64,000 nt of DNA from Octopus sinensis. Taxonomy: Eukaryota. This document shows, piece by piece, positions 1 to 12,446 of the stretch (within the stretch, counting starts at the first letter, position 1; each line of letters opens with the position of its first letter). Below the pieces are notes generated by a model that was not told where the DNA came from, ran no database searches, and worked only from the letters and a program-made list of their open reading frames with translations. Both the position numbers and the translations under genes were made by a program. The stretch lies in NCBI RefSeq assembly GCF_006345805.1, contig NC_043020.1, forward strand, positions 22,568,001 through 22,632,000. The letters run 5' to 3'.

Positions 1-699
1 AAATTTAAAAATAGACTTAACTCTCACTAAATGATGAAATCAATCACCAAAACTGCAACGAATGGCTTAACAGTCAATCTCTCAATAAATATGCACGAGA
101 TGTAGATGGGTCTCAAGTTCATAATATGCTGCTGGAGGCAATCAATTCAGAAGTAATCACATTTTTGAAAGGAGTGTTTTCAGTATAGCATATGTAATTG
201 AACTAACATAGATGCAGGCCTGGGTATGTGGTTAAGAGGTTTGCTTTGCAACCATATGTTTTGGGTTCCATCCTAGAATGCAGCACCCTGGGTAAGATTT
301 TTTTCTGTAACATACCTGGGCCAACCAATGTATTACGTTTGAATTTGTTCAACAGGAACTGTAGAAAGCTTGTCTTGTGTGTGAGAGGCTGTTGATATTC
401 ATTGTTTGCCCCTATTTAAGGGAAAATGTGTGGATGTTGGTATCTCAACTGGTTGCAGCCATGTTGGGGCTTTACCTTAAAGAATTTTAGTCAAACAGAT
501 TGACCCCTATACATTTTTTGTTTTTTAAGCCAGCAATTTATTTTATTGGTCTCTTGCTGAACAGCTAAGTTACAGGGACATAAACTCATCAAGTAATGGG
601 AGAGGTGGGGGCACTGGTAAAACGCCTTGGTTGTGATGGTCTCATCATATACACTCTGATCCTCATCTTTACTTGCCTGACCTTCATCAACTGATGAAG

Positions 700-1885
700 C
701 ACTGGGGCTAACATTTCTTGCACAAAGTCATTATACAGCTCATTGCCTTCCGTACCATCCATGGAATCTTGAGATCCCGCACTTCAAAAATGATGTCGTC
801 ACAAGTTCACTTGGCATTTCAGTTCATGAATCTATCACACATTGGCAAACCATCTTAAGGTCAGGGCATTTAAAGTTCCCAGCCCTTGTCACCATTAGTC
901 ATCCATTCATTCCTCTTGACACGCATGTTCACCTTAAAAGGCTGGTTCACCGACACGTCAAGTGGCTGAAGCACAGATGTACATCCACCTGAAATCACAG
1001 CTCAGTATGTACAATGCCCCTTTAATCTATTTTTTATGCTGTCGATCAGATGAGCCCTGAACATATCTCATACAAGAAGTGACTTTGAATTAATCATAGC
1101 CCCTGGGTGTCTGAACCACACGTCATTTAACCAGTTCATCAATATGGTTTCATCCACCCACCCTTTCTCCTGAACATACACCACTATGCCTTTCGGAAAC
1201 TTCTCTTTCAGGAAAGTCTTTCTTTTGAAAACAACAACCATGTTAATTTTCATAAGTCAGCCATACAAGCCAAAATTGTAGTGAAGTGGGCCTTGTTGCT
1301 CCCTGAAGTTTTTACTGAAGCTGTGTTTTTTTTCTTTAACGTCGACTGTTCGAGTTCCAACCATATCTAAAAAAGGGGTGTCTCATCCATATTACTGCTT
1401 GCTTCCAAGGTAGACTTGTGGTTCTTTTGTAGGTCTATTACATACCAATAGAAGGAATCGACTTTGCTCTCTGTCAGTGGGTAATTCATGTGTGATATGA
1501 GTCCTTTGTCTCAGCATAAGATTGTGGCATTTCATAAACCTTATACACCAGCCAGACGATGCATTAAAGTTGGATATATCATGTTCTTTAGTCACTGGAA
1601 AAGCCCACAATCTAATGATGTTTCTCATGACAAGTCCGTTTATGCATAGTTCAGTCACCCAGCCTCTCAAAATAGTCTCCATCTCCTCATTGGGACTCAT
1701 TCCTATCCCAATTTTCTTTAACGATTTGACATCAACGGATTTAATTTTTTCTTTCAAATGCCAATCCCTAACCATTTTTTCTGAGACCCCAAATTCTCTT
1801 TCTGCAACTCAATTTGAATGCGATTTCGCATATTCAACAACTTTCAGCTTGAAAGTCATATATGATTTCTTCTTTTTCTTCATGT
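700..1885 (-). mobile_element. Decayed pogo/Tigger-type DNA transposase (CENP-B-like HTH + DDE_1)
   Basis: Minus-strand pieces FKLKVVEYA..REFGVSEKMVRDW, FNASSGWCIRFMKCHNLMLRQRT, KGWVDETILMNWLNDVW, D.FRAH and GGCTSVLQPLDVSVNQPFK, broken by stops and frameshifts. Confidence 0.85.
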
Positions 1886-1896
1886 TAACTTATAAT

Positions 1897-2245
1897 ATCA
1901 TCATCATCATCATCGTTTAGCGTCCGCTTTCCATGCTAGCATGGGTTGGACGGTTCAACTGGGGTCTGGGAAGCCAGAAGCCTGCACCAGGCCCAGTCTG
2001 ATCTGGCAATGTTTCTACGGCTGGATGCCCTTCCTAACGCCAACCACTCCGTGAGTGTAGTGGGTGCTTTTTACGTGCCAGGGGAGGCTGGCAAACGGCT
2101 ACGATTGGATGGTGCTTTTTATGTGCCACCGGCACGCGGCCAGTTGGGGCAGCGCTGGCAACGGCCACATCTGGATGGTTCTCTAACATGCCACTGGCCC
2201 TGGTATCACAGCTGCAATTTCCATTGATGTTGATCGATTTCGATT
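1897..2245 (-). mobile_element. SINE-like repeat with (GAT)n tail (family B); other copies 15215-15735(+), 21915-22130, 22225-22315, 36293-36607, 41876-42290, 52611-52897, 55057-55607
   Basis: Shared (ATC)n-GTTTAACGTCCG..CCATGCTAGCATGGGTTGGACG..CTGGATGCCCTTCCTAACGCCAACC block, with internal subrepeats, at all listed sites. Confidence 0.85.
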
Positions 2246-2247
2246 CT

Positions 2248-2720
2248 ATAATAATAATAATGAAATTATTGTATACAGTGCTCAAGTGCACCACAACTTG
2301 TCAAAAGTGCGTATAAAGCATATGCAGTAATGTACAAATGTCTGGAAAGCGAACAGTGTATGAGTCAGATACATGCTTGCGTGTGTATGGAGGGGAGAAA
2401 ATCAGGTGTAGTGTTGGCGAATCTCAGGAAGTATGGAAGTTTTGAAGGATGCAATGCTCCAACAACTAACAACTGATGCCAGCAGTTTGTTCCATGCTTC
2501 AGCAACTCTTAGCGTGAAAAAATGTTTCCGAAAGTCATGGGAGCTGTGCTGTTTTCTGACTTTGTAAACATGTCCACAGGTGTTAGACAGGTGGAGTTTG
2601 AAAAGGTGCTCAGAGTTATTGTTTGTAAGATGGTTGATAATTTTATGGGTGTCTGCCAAGTCAGCTGCCAGATGTCAGAGTTTCAATGTATCCATGCCCA
2701 GAGAAGTAAGGTGTTCAGAA
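2248..2720 (-). mobile_element. CR1/L2-type LINE 3' fragment (RT C-terminus)
   Basis: ORF 2402-2659 contains GHVYKV..RKHFFTLRVAEAWNKL..SFK, the typical CR1-group ORF2 end, followed by a 3'UTR and (TTA)n tail. Confidence 0.8.
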
Positions 2721-2794
2721 TATGGCATCGAATTAAAGAAAGGCAGATAGGGTACAAAAACAAACAAGCATTAAACTGCAAGAGAAGTATTTAA

Positions 2795-3140
2795 TAATAA
2801 GCCATTGTACTTGGCATTTCTTGATCTGGAGAAAGCCTTCAACAGAGTACCTTGCTCTGTAATGTAGTGTTATCTTAGGAAACTAGGGATAGATGAATGG
2901 CTTGTGAAAGCAGTACAAGGCATCTACAGGGATGCGGTTAGTAAGGTAAGAGTTAGCTATCAGCACAGTGATGAATTGAGTGTTGAAGGCTTGGTCCTCG
3001 GGCCCTCTCCTATTCATCATCGTCTTCCAGGCCATAACAGGAATTTAAGACTGGCTGCCCAATAGAACTATCGTATACTGATGATGTTAGTCTGGTAGGA
3101 GAAAAGAAATTCCAAATGTGGAAACAAAACCCAGAATCAA
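2795..3140 (+). mobile_element. RTE-like LINE reverse-transcriptase relic; paralogous copies ~20890-21295 and ~31810-33070
   Basis: KPLYLAFLDLEKAFNRVP..LRKLGIDEWLVKAVQGIY..LGPLLFII..YTDDV, with stops; repeated as part of the duplicated gene unit. Confidence 0.75.
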
Positions 3141-4028
3141 AATAATTTAATCATTTAGAAATATTTTTAACTGAATGGGATTTCAAAAATATAAGTTGTA
3201 TGGACGGTAAGTATTTATATTTCATCTTTCTTTAAACAGACAATATTTTCATGTTTTTTTAAAATTATTCTCAAGTCGTTAATTTCCGTAAAAAAGGGCA
3301 CAGAAATATTTTTTAAAGTTTAAGAGAGGAGAAAGTGAAAGATGTATGTACAAATGTATGAAATGGACGTGTGTGTGAGAGAGAGTGAGTGAAGGGGTGT
3401 GTTGTCATGCATACGTACATACATCAATATATATACGTATATCTTTTTTGTATGTACGAGTGCATAGGTGTGTGAGAGAGAGAGTGAGTGAACGTATGTT
3501 CTCAGGTATGTGTAAATAGCACTCACTCACACTCATCTAGGCAAGACTTCCTTTTGTACCCCCACCCGTCGTCAAAACACCCCTTTTTAAAATTTAATTT
3601 TTTTCTGCACAAATCCCCGTTTTCGGCTACGAGAATACGAATCTGCAAAACAAATTTAGAAAAAATTGGTATTTTGAAATTACCCCCACCCCTAATTTCT
3701 TCATTTTTAACTTCTTTCAGAAACTTTTTTTTTTAAATTTGCGAAAAAATATGCAGATTATGATTGTGAAAAAAATTTCCAAAAATGTTTGTAAAATATT
3801 TCATTTCAGAATATGCAGAAAAATACGGAAATTATTATTCTGAAAAAATTTCCAAAAATTTTTCTAGTTAGGGTTAGGATAAAAAGTGAAAAATGAAGAA
3901 ATTGGGGGTAAGTGGGAGGGGACCAAGAAATTTCAACTGCATTGATTAAATTGGAAGGTAAAAGGCGTCCGTGACTCAGAGGAAGCGATATGTTAAATCA
4001 TATGTTGTGTCTTGGTTGTACCGTATCT

Positions 4029-4567
4029 GGATCTTTTAGGTTTGAGCGGCAGTTTTTAACATGATTTCTAGGTAACTAAAAAATGTTATACTTCGTACAC
4101 TGGTAGAATGTGTTTATAAAACATCTTTTTCTTTTGGCTTTATTGAGAAAATGGAAAACTTACAAATTACAATTTTCTCAAAAAAGCCAAGTGAAAATAA
4201 TGTTTTCTTTTGACACATTCTACCAGTATACGAAGTTTCAAATTGTTTAGTTAACTAGAAATTGGGTTGAATTCTGTCTATCAAAAGGAAAAGATCCTAG
4301 AAATTCTATAGTTTGTAAGATATTTGTTGTTTTTTTTTCTTCAATTTCAACCAATCACTGACGTCTATTGAGGTAAAAAAAAACATTCTGTGCCGTATGA
4401 ATATGTCCCTCGTTTAAGAAACAGATTAAGTTTATTTACATTTCTGAAGAAAAAAAGATACCCTAAAACAGATTGAAATGCAATAGATCGATACTAGGGT
4501 CATAATTATGGGTGACAATTTCATATGACACCGCTAGAAAAAAATGCCGTTCAAACCGAAAAGATCT
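4029..4567. mobile_element. MITE with GGATCTTTTCGGTTTGAACGGCAG termini and 8-bp TSD (Merlin-like); complete copy 43689-44101, partial copies ~23180-23440, 33450-33720, 42970-43316, 57170-57520, 61260-61495
   Basis: Terminal inverted repeats; flanks CCGTATCT/CCGTATTT (4021/4568) and GAATGCAA/GAATGCAG (43681/44102). Superfamily inferred only from the GG ends and 8-bp TSD. Confidence 0.8.
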
Positions 4568-4737
4568 CCGTATTTTTCGGCTGACTAAATTGAAAACCGC
4601 GCGTTTTTCTGCTGAGCAGCTCTCATTGGTTGAAATGGACATGGCACCACTATGCTAATGCGCGGCAACCCAAACGTGACTTCCCTACTCACTATAATTA
4701 TAATACCCAAAAACTGTTGTTATCAAAATTTCTTTGC

Positions 4738-4895
4738 CTGTGGTAAGTAGCTTGTTTACCAACCACATGGTTCCGGGTTCAATCCCACTGCGTGGCACCT
4801 TGCGCAAGTGTCTTCTACTATAGCCTCGGGCCGACCAAAGCCTTTGAGTGGATTTGGTAGACGGAAACTGAAAAGAAGCCCGTCATATATATATG

Positions 4896-4941
<46 letters not shown>

Positions 4942-6109
4942 CTACAAAATTAAGAATGGAGAACATACTTAAATCAATAAAACATCAACTATCCGATGAT
5001 ACCCAAAATCAATACTTAATACACCATTACATATGAGTAAAGCATTATATAAAATGAGATATACAGTAATAGTAAAAAGATAAAGAGATATAAGTAAAAA
5101 ATTTTTTTCAAATAATATGCAATTAAATCAAACTGACAGCTGTTTCGGCAGTGAGGGCAGTCATACCTCATTTAACCTCTTAGCCATAAGGCAGGTATAA
5201 ATGAGGCTTAACAAGGATGCCCACGGCTCTTCAGAGAATTAAATTAAATTTGTTATAATTGTGAAAATATAATATAAACCATATACATATAAATATAAAA
5301 ATATAAAATGTAAAATATAAAAATAAAAACTTATACATCATAATGCTACACTTATATAATATAATACTTATTGGTACAATAAAGGAAGGTAAACAGAACA
5401 AAATAAAACAAATATTATCAGTGTATACTAATATTATAAGTACCGATATTATACATATTTGGCTATATTTTTTTTTAAAAAAAAACTAACACATAGGGAG
5501 ATGAAAAATATAATTAAAACCATGTTCAGTTCATAAAATTCAAAGCTATGAAAGTTAATAAAAATTACTATTAATATTAATAATAATAATAATAATAAAA
5601 AAAATAATAATAATAGATACAGTTAAGTTAGCACCAAGTCCATCCTTTCAAGATCGAAATAACTATGAGTTTTAGAAATGCTGATCACTAGGTAAAGAAA
5701 TTTAGATTAATTCGATTGGCTATTGGTTTGAAATTTAAATCACAAAAGAAAATTATACGGTTGGTTAGTCACGGAACGCCAATATCACACACGCATCTAC
5801 AGATCAATCGCACATAGTTATATGTATATACATACCTTATACATACATAATCACAAGCAAACAGCACATAGATAAACAAAAAGAAGCAGCTATGCTCCAT
5901 TTAGTCCTTCAAATTATAACTGTGCTTCAAATAACGAAAAGAACCACCACCCTGCATTTCATAAAATATTTAATTTAGATATAATATATTTTTAATATCA
6001 ATATGTTACTAAGTCAGAAAATTAATTCATGGGTAACTTATATATATATATATCAGTAATGCAATGCAAGTATTGCCTTCCAGTAAAAGTAGCCATTTAT
6101 TTACTAATT

Positions 6110-6153
<44 letters not shown>

Positions 6154-6354
6154 CGTGTGTGTTTGTCCCCCTAGCATTGTTTGACAACCGATGCTGGTGT
6201 GTTTATGTCCCCGTTACTTAGCGGTTCGGCAAAAGACCGATAGAATAAGTACTAGGCTTACAAAAGAATAACCCCGGGGTCGAGTTGCTCGATTAAAGAC
6301 GGTGCTCCAGCATGGCCGCAGTCAAATGACTGAAACAAGTAAAAGAGTAAAGAG
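4738..6354 (+). mobile_element. tRNA-derived SINE (family A) split by a ~1.2-kb insert in its internal (TA)n; other copies 6487-6864(-), 22733-23107(+), 30741-31115(+), 45111-46034(+), 48858-49255(-), 51089-51230(-), 51695-52088(-), 54843-55763(-)
   Basis: Head GGCGCAGGAGTGGCTGTGTGGTAAG..GGTTCAGTCCC (Pol III A/B boxes), central (TA/TG)n, tail ..GACTGAAACAAGTAAAAGAG; highly similar across copies. Confidence 0.9.
5133..5236 (-). ncRNA. Hammerhead ribozyme motif (type I, C3-G8 core, long stem II), partly degenerate
   Basis: Minus strand: CUGAAGA - long hairpin (CCUCAUUUAUACCU/AGGUUAAAUGAGG) - C GAAAC AGCU GUC; stem III palindrome ACAGCUGU; stem I has only 2 clean pairs. Confidence 0.6.
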
Positions 6355-7028
6355 CATCTCCTTTCACGGAAAAATAACAGCCTCTCTATGTCTGACAATT
6401 GAATCAGAAGGGTGAAGCATGGGGAAATGGAAAATATTTCATGCAGAAGTTAATTTTGTGAAGAAGTTCATTAAAAGTATTTCAACTTACTCTTACTCTC
6501 TTTTACTTGTTTCAGTCATTTGACTGCGGCCATGCCGGAGCACCGCCTTTAGTCGAGCAAATCGACCCCGGGACTTATTCTTTGTAAGCCCAGTACTTAT
6601 TCTATCGGTGTCTTTTGCCAAACCGCTAGCTAACGGGGACGTAAACACACCAGCATCGGTTGTCAAGCAATGCTGGGGGGACAAACACAGACACAAACAT
6701 ATACGACGGGCTTCTTTCAGTTTCCGTCTACCAAATCCACTCACAAGGCATTGGTCAGCCCGGGGCTATAGCAGAAGACACTTGCCCAAGATGCCACGCA
6801 GTGGGACTGAACCCGGAATCATGTGGTTGGTTAGCATGCTACTTACCACACAGCCACTCCTGCGGATCTTTTCGGTTCGGTTTCAAACCGCAAAGACCCC
6901 AACCTACTGATATAATCTCATATTCATATATCCTAAAGAGTAGATAGACTTCTTTTGAAAATTTAGGTATTATATGTGATTTAAATATTTTATCTTTATG
7001 AAAAATCACATATCTAGTAGAAACACTG

Positions 7029-7279
7029 GGTACTACTAGCGAACAGTGGTCCCGGTGCGCGCACTCGCGTAGTCACGCATCCGCGCTAGCTAGTCGTGAC
7101 TAGTCGATCCTACAACGACTAACTAGCAAAGGAAATAAAACAGAAAATAAATAATTTTTTTTACACAAAGTAAATAAAATCCAAAAACACAAAGTAAGGA
7201 TCGACTAGTCATGACTAGCTGGCATTGATGCGCGACTACACGAGTGCGCGCACCGGGACCACTGTTCGCTAGTAGTACC
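7029..7279. mobile_element. MITE with long TIRs GGTACTACTAGCGAACAGTGGTCCCGGTGCGCG and 9-bp TSD; partial copies 9469-9675 and ~23623-23812
   Basis: Near-perfect ~75-bp inverted ends; TSD GAAACACTG at 7020-7028 and 7280-7288. Confidence 0.9.
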
Positions 7280-7353
7280 GAAACACTGCATTTCCTCGTT
7301 ACCTTAGAACACGTGGAAGGAGACACTACCATTGAGGGTATAATATTTGAGTT

Positions 7354-7555
7354 CGAAAGTGCGGCTGGAGACGAAATCAGCTTCACTCGTTCATAGTGAC
7401 ACGGGGTCATTGGAGAAGAAATAAGGAACTGGTTGAATGTCGATGTGGAAGGAAGACGATGAAAGGTTGCTAAACCTCGTTCTACCAATTAAATATTTGT
7501 TCTGATGGAAACGTATAACATACTGATTAAGTGTTTGCGTTTGAAAACGGTAAGT
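7354..7555 (+). promoter_or_regulatory. Putative promoter / non-coding exon 1 of ZNF gene 1, donor GT at 7550
   Basis: CGAAAGTGCGGCTGGAGACGAAATCAGCTTCACTCGTTC ... AAAACG|GTAAGTTGATAA, a block repeated upstream of every ZNF gene. Confidence 0.65.
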
Positions 7556-8387
7556 TGATAAACGTTCATTTTCAATGGTGTAATAATTCGTTTATTGGCC
7601 AAAAGGGCTGACAAAAATCAATTAAAACATAAAGGGACAAAACACAGGACGAAAGTTACAAAGGGTTTTGTCCGTTTGAAAAAGGTCCGTGTAAAAACAG
7701 TGTAACAACGAAATATAAGTAACAATTAAAACTCCCAATTAGGGAGAGGCGCTTCGAAAGTTTACACGTGGCAAAATCCATAAAAGCCACTGGAGCCTGG
7801 TCAGAAGGGGGGTAGAGAGCCCCTTTCTCCTTTTATATTTCCTTTTTAATTTTCACAGGTGTATCCTCAGAATTGGTCCGTTCATATTATAATAATATAC
7901 GTAAATAATAGAATTGTGGGGGCTCCTTTAGAAAGAAGCGCACCTCTCCAAGAAAAGGGCGCCAAATTTCTAAAAACAAATTATGAAAATGGGAAATATA
8001 TACAAGATCTATGAAGTATGCAAAAAATTAGGAAGATTCATTGATTTTTAAATATTTTATGCTAAAAAATAAAACCACGGAAACGGGCACTCGCGAATAT
8101 AAACAGGCATGTCAGGCGATTATTAAAGATACGAGGGGCCCCGACAGCAACGTTTACAAATTCTTGATTGTTTTTAATCAGATTTTTTACTGCGCACACT
8201 GGTTAGGGTTGAGTGGTGTGGATTCGCTTTATCTTCACCCATTTTATGATGTGATTCCGACGTGGACAAGGAAACTGTCCAGCACGCTATTGTACAATGT
8301 CGGGAGCTATCCAGCTTGATAAGTTACGTCGAACACTTGCTGTCGCATCTGGGACAAGTACAGCTGAATCTATGATAAAGATGATAC

Positions 8388-8601
8388 CTATTTCTTTATT
8401 ACACAGAAGGGACAAACAAGGACAGACATTGGTATTAAGTCTATTACATCGACCCAGTGCGTAACTGGTACTTAATTTATCGACCCCGAAAGGATGAAAG
8501 GCAAAGTCAACCTCGGCGAAATTTGAACTCAGAACGTAACGACAGACGAAATACCGCTAAGCATTTCGCCCGGCGTGCTAACGATTCTTCCAGCTCGCCT
8601 C
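8388..8601 (-). mobile_element. tRNA-derived SINE (family C); other copies 21635-21910 (inverted pair), 29479-29896 (dimer), 32326-32726 (dimer), 53722-54305 (trimer)
   Basis: Shared ..GAGTTCAAATTCCGCCGAGGTCGACTTTGCCTTTCATCCTTTCGGGGTCGATAAATTAAGTACCAG.. with B-box; the 29479 copy has TSD ACAACAGAATATA. Confidence 0.85.
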
Positions 8602-9121
8602 CCTATGATAAAGATGATACCGCCAACTGGACTCACAAAGGAAGGTATGGCATGTTTTTACTGCACGGTTGCAGTACTGAAAGAGTGTGTGTGGAGGACG
8701 AGAACGGAAGGTTCTGTGAAAGGGTCCGTCATCTCTGACCCCGGTTTGCTGTCTTACTTCAGATACCATTTGAAGAGCAAGGATATGAGAAACGATGGAA
8801 GGATGTGATGAGAAAGGTGGGTGTTAGTAACCCAGCTTTAATCATTGACGAAAGGAAAAGATCGTTGCTGGGCCTTTTCGGCTGCCGGGTTCAATCTTTT
8901 AATCTTTTTATTCGTTTTCTTGCTTTGTTTAAAAAAAAAAGTTCTAGTCTAAGGTTAAATGGCAATCTTACGGTTCTATTGCCGGTTAAATTAATGAATT
9001 ATATAAAATATATTTTAGTAAATTTTTAAAAGATATCATACGAACTCCTATATCATTTTTGTTTGTCTTGTGTTGTCCCATTCCGTATGAGATCGTTTTT
9101 TGATTCCATTTTATGATGTGA

Positions 9122-9442
9122 CTAGCAGTATCGCCCGGCGTTGCTCAGGTTTGTAAGGGAAATAACTATAAAGCATTTTTAGAGATGGTAAATTTTTTTT
9201 TTGAGAGTTAAAAAAGGTCGAGTTGCGTCCCCTAGACAGTCTGTGGTTTGTGTTTATCGATTTTTTTCAGAACTGGGGGAACTTTTCAAAATTTTCGCTG
9301 CGTTAGTTTTGAATTATGACATTGGGCTATGTGTGTGTCAAGTTTCATCAGAATCGGTTGAAAGCAGTGGTCAGGGTGAGGGTACAACCAAACAGACACA
9401 CAGAAACACACACAGACAAACTTTCGTTTATATAGAGAGAGA
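9122..9442 (-). mobile_element. Non-autonomous Helitron-like element
   Basis: Minus strand starts TC(TC)nTATATA and ends with a GC-rich subterminal hairpin then CTAG; inserted between A and T with no TSD; internal (CTGT/GT)n. Confidence 0.65.
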
Positions 9443-10612
9443 TAATTCCCGTTCAGGCACAAAATTTGGGTACTACTAGCGAACAGTGGTCCCGGTGCGC
9501 GTACTCGCGTATCCGCGCTAGCTAGTCATGACTAGTCGATCTTTACTTTGTGTTTTTGTGTTTTATTTACTTTGTTTAACAAAAATTATTTATGTTGTGT
9601 TTTATTTACTTTGCTAGGTAGTCATTGTAGGATCGACTGGGCGCGACTATGCGTGTGCGCGCACTGGGACCACCGTAATTTTTTCTAACAAGTAAGCGTC
9701 ACTTTCTTGGACAGGTGCGCTTCTAAAAAAGCGCTGAATTGTGTTTCACGTGGAGAATAAGGTAATTGATTATATTGGAGTAAAAACACATAAGAATGGG
9801 AAAAGATATTTCCTTTAAGAATACTAATTATTTTGTATTGGAAATAACTTTGTGGAAAAGAATTTCCATGTCTTGACTTTTATGTAGAGGATAATTCTTC
9901 CAAAATGAAATGATGGTTTCTATTGTTGAAACGAAAATAAAACAGGAAAAAAGTGCAACGGGTGTAAAAAAAAAAATGTCTATGGAACGAATATGAAAAC
10001 GAAGTTGCATACAAAGCAATGGAGGAGGGGGGCTGAGCATTGTTTTTGATTTTCCTTGAAGATACAATGACTGAAGTCACTTGTTCATATATGTGTAATC
10101 TCTCTTGTTTGTTGTAATATTGGTAATGTTTCACAACCTGAAGGTATATCTGTATTTAGTAAATGTGTTAACAAATTCAAATGTAAAGTTCAGTTGTTGA
10201 GGTGAATGTAGAATTGTAGTAAACTTTCAGTCATATCTCTGCTTTTTAATCTTCTTCAATATCTTACACTGTTTCTCTGTCGTTTCAGAATAACAGATGA
10301 CATTGGCACTAAAGCTATAGCATCAATATGTATCAACATTTATTGACAAAAGGAAGATTTTATACAAATCTACAATTCCGTTCCAATGAATTTACTGAGA
10401 GTTATTTCTTCTGAGTGAGACATTTCCAATCGTTGCCTACAAGGTGCAGGAGATGATTTTATGTTCCATCTAAATTTGGACAGATTTTCTAATGAACTTC
10501 CCACTGTCTTCTGATGCCAACAAAGATAACAATTGATGGAAATATTGCAGTATCATCAGTGCAGTAATAAATAGTGAAAACTATATCAATATAATTGTTG
10601 TGTTAACGAAGA

Positions 10613-11818
10613 ATGGATTTTCCTGAAGAATTACCAAAGGAGGTGAGAAAATCGTCATACCCCTGTGATATCTGTCACAAGACATTCTCTCTAAAAAGTA
10701 GCCTTATTAATCATAAAATCATTCTCTCGACTACAAACTTTAATTATTCACAAGCACATCCATACAGGAGAAGGGCCATATGGATGTGATACCTGTGGTC
10801 AATCATTCACTCTAAAAAGTCACCTGAAAGATCATAAATGTACTCATACTGATGAAAAACCATATCACTGTGATATCTGTGGTAAATTATTCACTGCAAA
10901 ACGCATATTAACAACACATAGACGTATCCATACAGGAGGGAAAGTGCATAGCTGTGTTACCTGTAGTAAAACATTCACTCAAAAAACTCACTTAAAAGAT
11001 CATAAATGTATCGATACAGGTGAAAAACCATATCACTATGATATCTGGTAAATCATTCTCCCGTACTCATCATTTAATTATTCACAAACGCATCCATACA
11101 GGTGAAAGGCCATATGGATGTGATATCTGTGGTAAATCATTCACTCTAAAAAGTCACTTAAAAGGTCACAAACGTACTCATACAAGTGAAAAACCATATC
11201 ATTGTGGTATCTGTGATAAATCATTCTCTTGGACTGATGGCCTAACTCGACACATACGTAGTCACACAGGTGAGAAGCCATATCAGTGTAACATTTGTGG
11301 TGAATCCTTTTCAGACAGAGGAAATTTAGCTAAACACAAGTTTATTCATACAGGTGAGAAGTCATATCGCTGCGATATCTGTGGAAAATCATTCTTTCAA
11401 AAAGTACATTTATATTCTCATATACGTATGCATACGGGAGAGAAACGATATCACTGTGATATCTGTGGTAAATCATTCTCTTATGGAACGGGATTAACTG
11501 CTCACAAACGTATTTACACGGGAGAAGAGCCTTACAACTGTGAAACCTGTGGTAAATCGTTTTCTCAAAGATGTTACTTAATTAACCATGTACCTATTCA
11601 TACAGGTGAGAAGTGATATCTGTGATAAATCATTCTCTCGTAGTACTGCCTTAATTAGACACAAACGTATTCATACAGGTGAGAAGCCATACCACTGTAA
11701 TGCCTGTGGTAAATCATTCTCATTAAAAGTTCAGTTAAGTAAGCACAAATACTCTCAAACTGGACAGATTCCCTATCTGTGTGTGCGTGTGTGTGTCACT
11801 GAAGCCATTCATACATAA
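10613..11818 (+). pseudogene. C2H2 zinc-finger pseudogene (ZNF gene 1)
   Basis: Starts [15 protein letters not shown] like genes 2/3; frameshifting deletions of 47 nt (~10724), 2 nt (~11046) and 11 nt (~11613); ORF remnants 11020-11616 and 11588-11818; acceptor AG at 10287-10288. Confidence 0.85.
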
Positions 11819-12446
11819 CCTCTCTCTTGCTTTTTCTCTGTCAATCACTCACACATTCATTCACTACAAAATGTGAATAAAAAATTTCAGTTATTTCTCT
11901 CTGTCTGTCTCATATACACACACAGCAGCAACATTAGTTTCTCTGTCTCTTCACACACACACTAACAAAAGCAATTCACATACATACCACACATTCTGTC
12001 TCACACACACACATCAATTCTTCCACTTAACGCCAACTTCAAAAGGTCCCCTTTCCTCCAACCCCATATTAAAAAAATTAAAATTTTTCACGGAAACTGA
12101 CAATCGTTTTCAAAAATGTAAATGAACACATGGTTTATAAGCAGTTTGTGAGTGACAGTCATGTGTTTCCATATCGAAAGATCGCCCACTGTTTTGATAA
12201 TTAGACAGAGGTCCAATAGTATTGCTCTCAGAAACAGACTACGTACAAATTCGTTCTTCACAACTCTTGAAGCTGTTTTTTCTGGCAAACGGGGTGGGGG
12301 TGGGGGGAGTCAGGAAATTTTCATACAGCTGAAACAGGACCCGAAAGGATACGGTTGACAAAAGCTATTACAGATTATGCCTGACCGAAAATGATCATAG
12401 CCACATCGTCCAAACAGACTGGGTGAAACCAGGATTAGCTGCAAAT

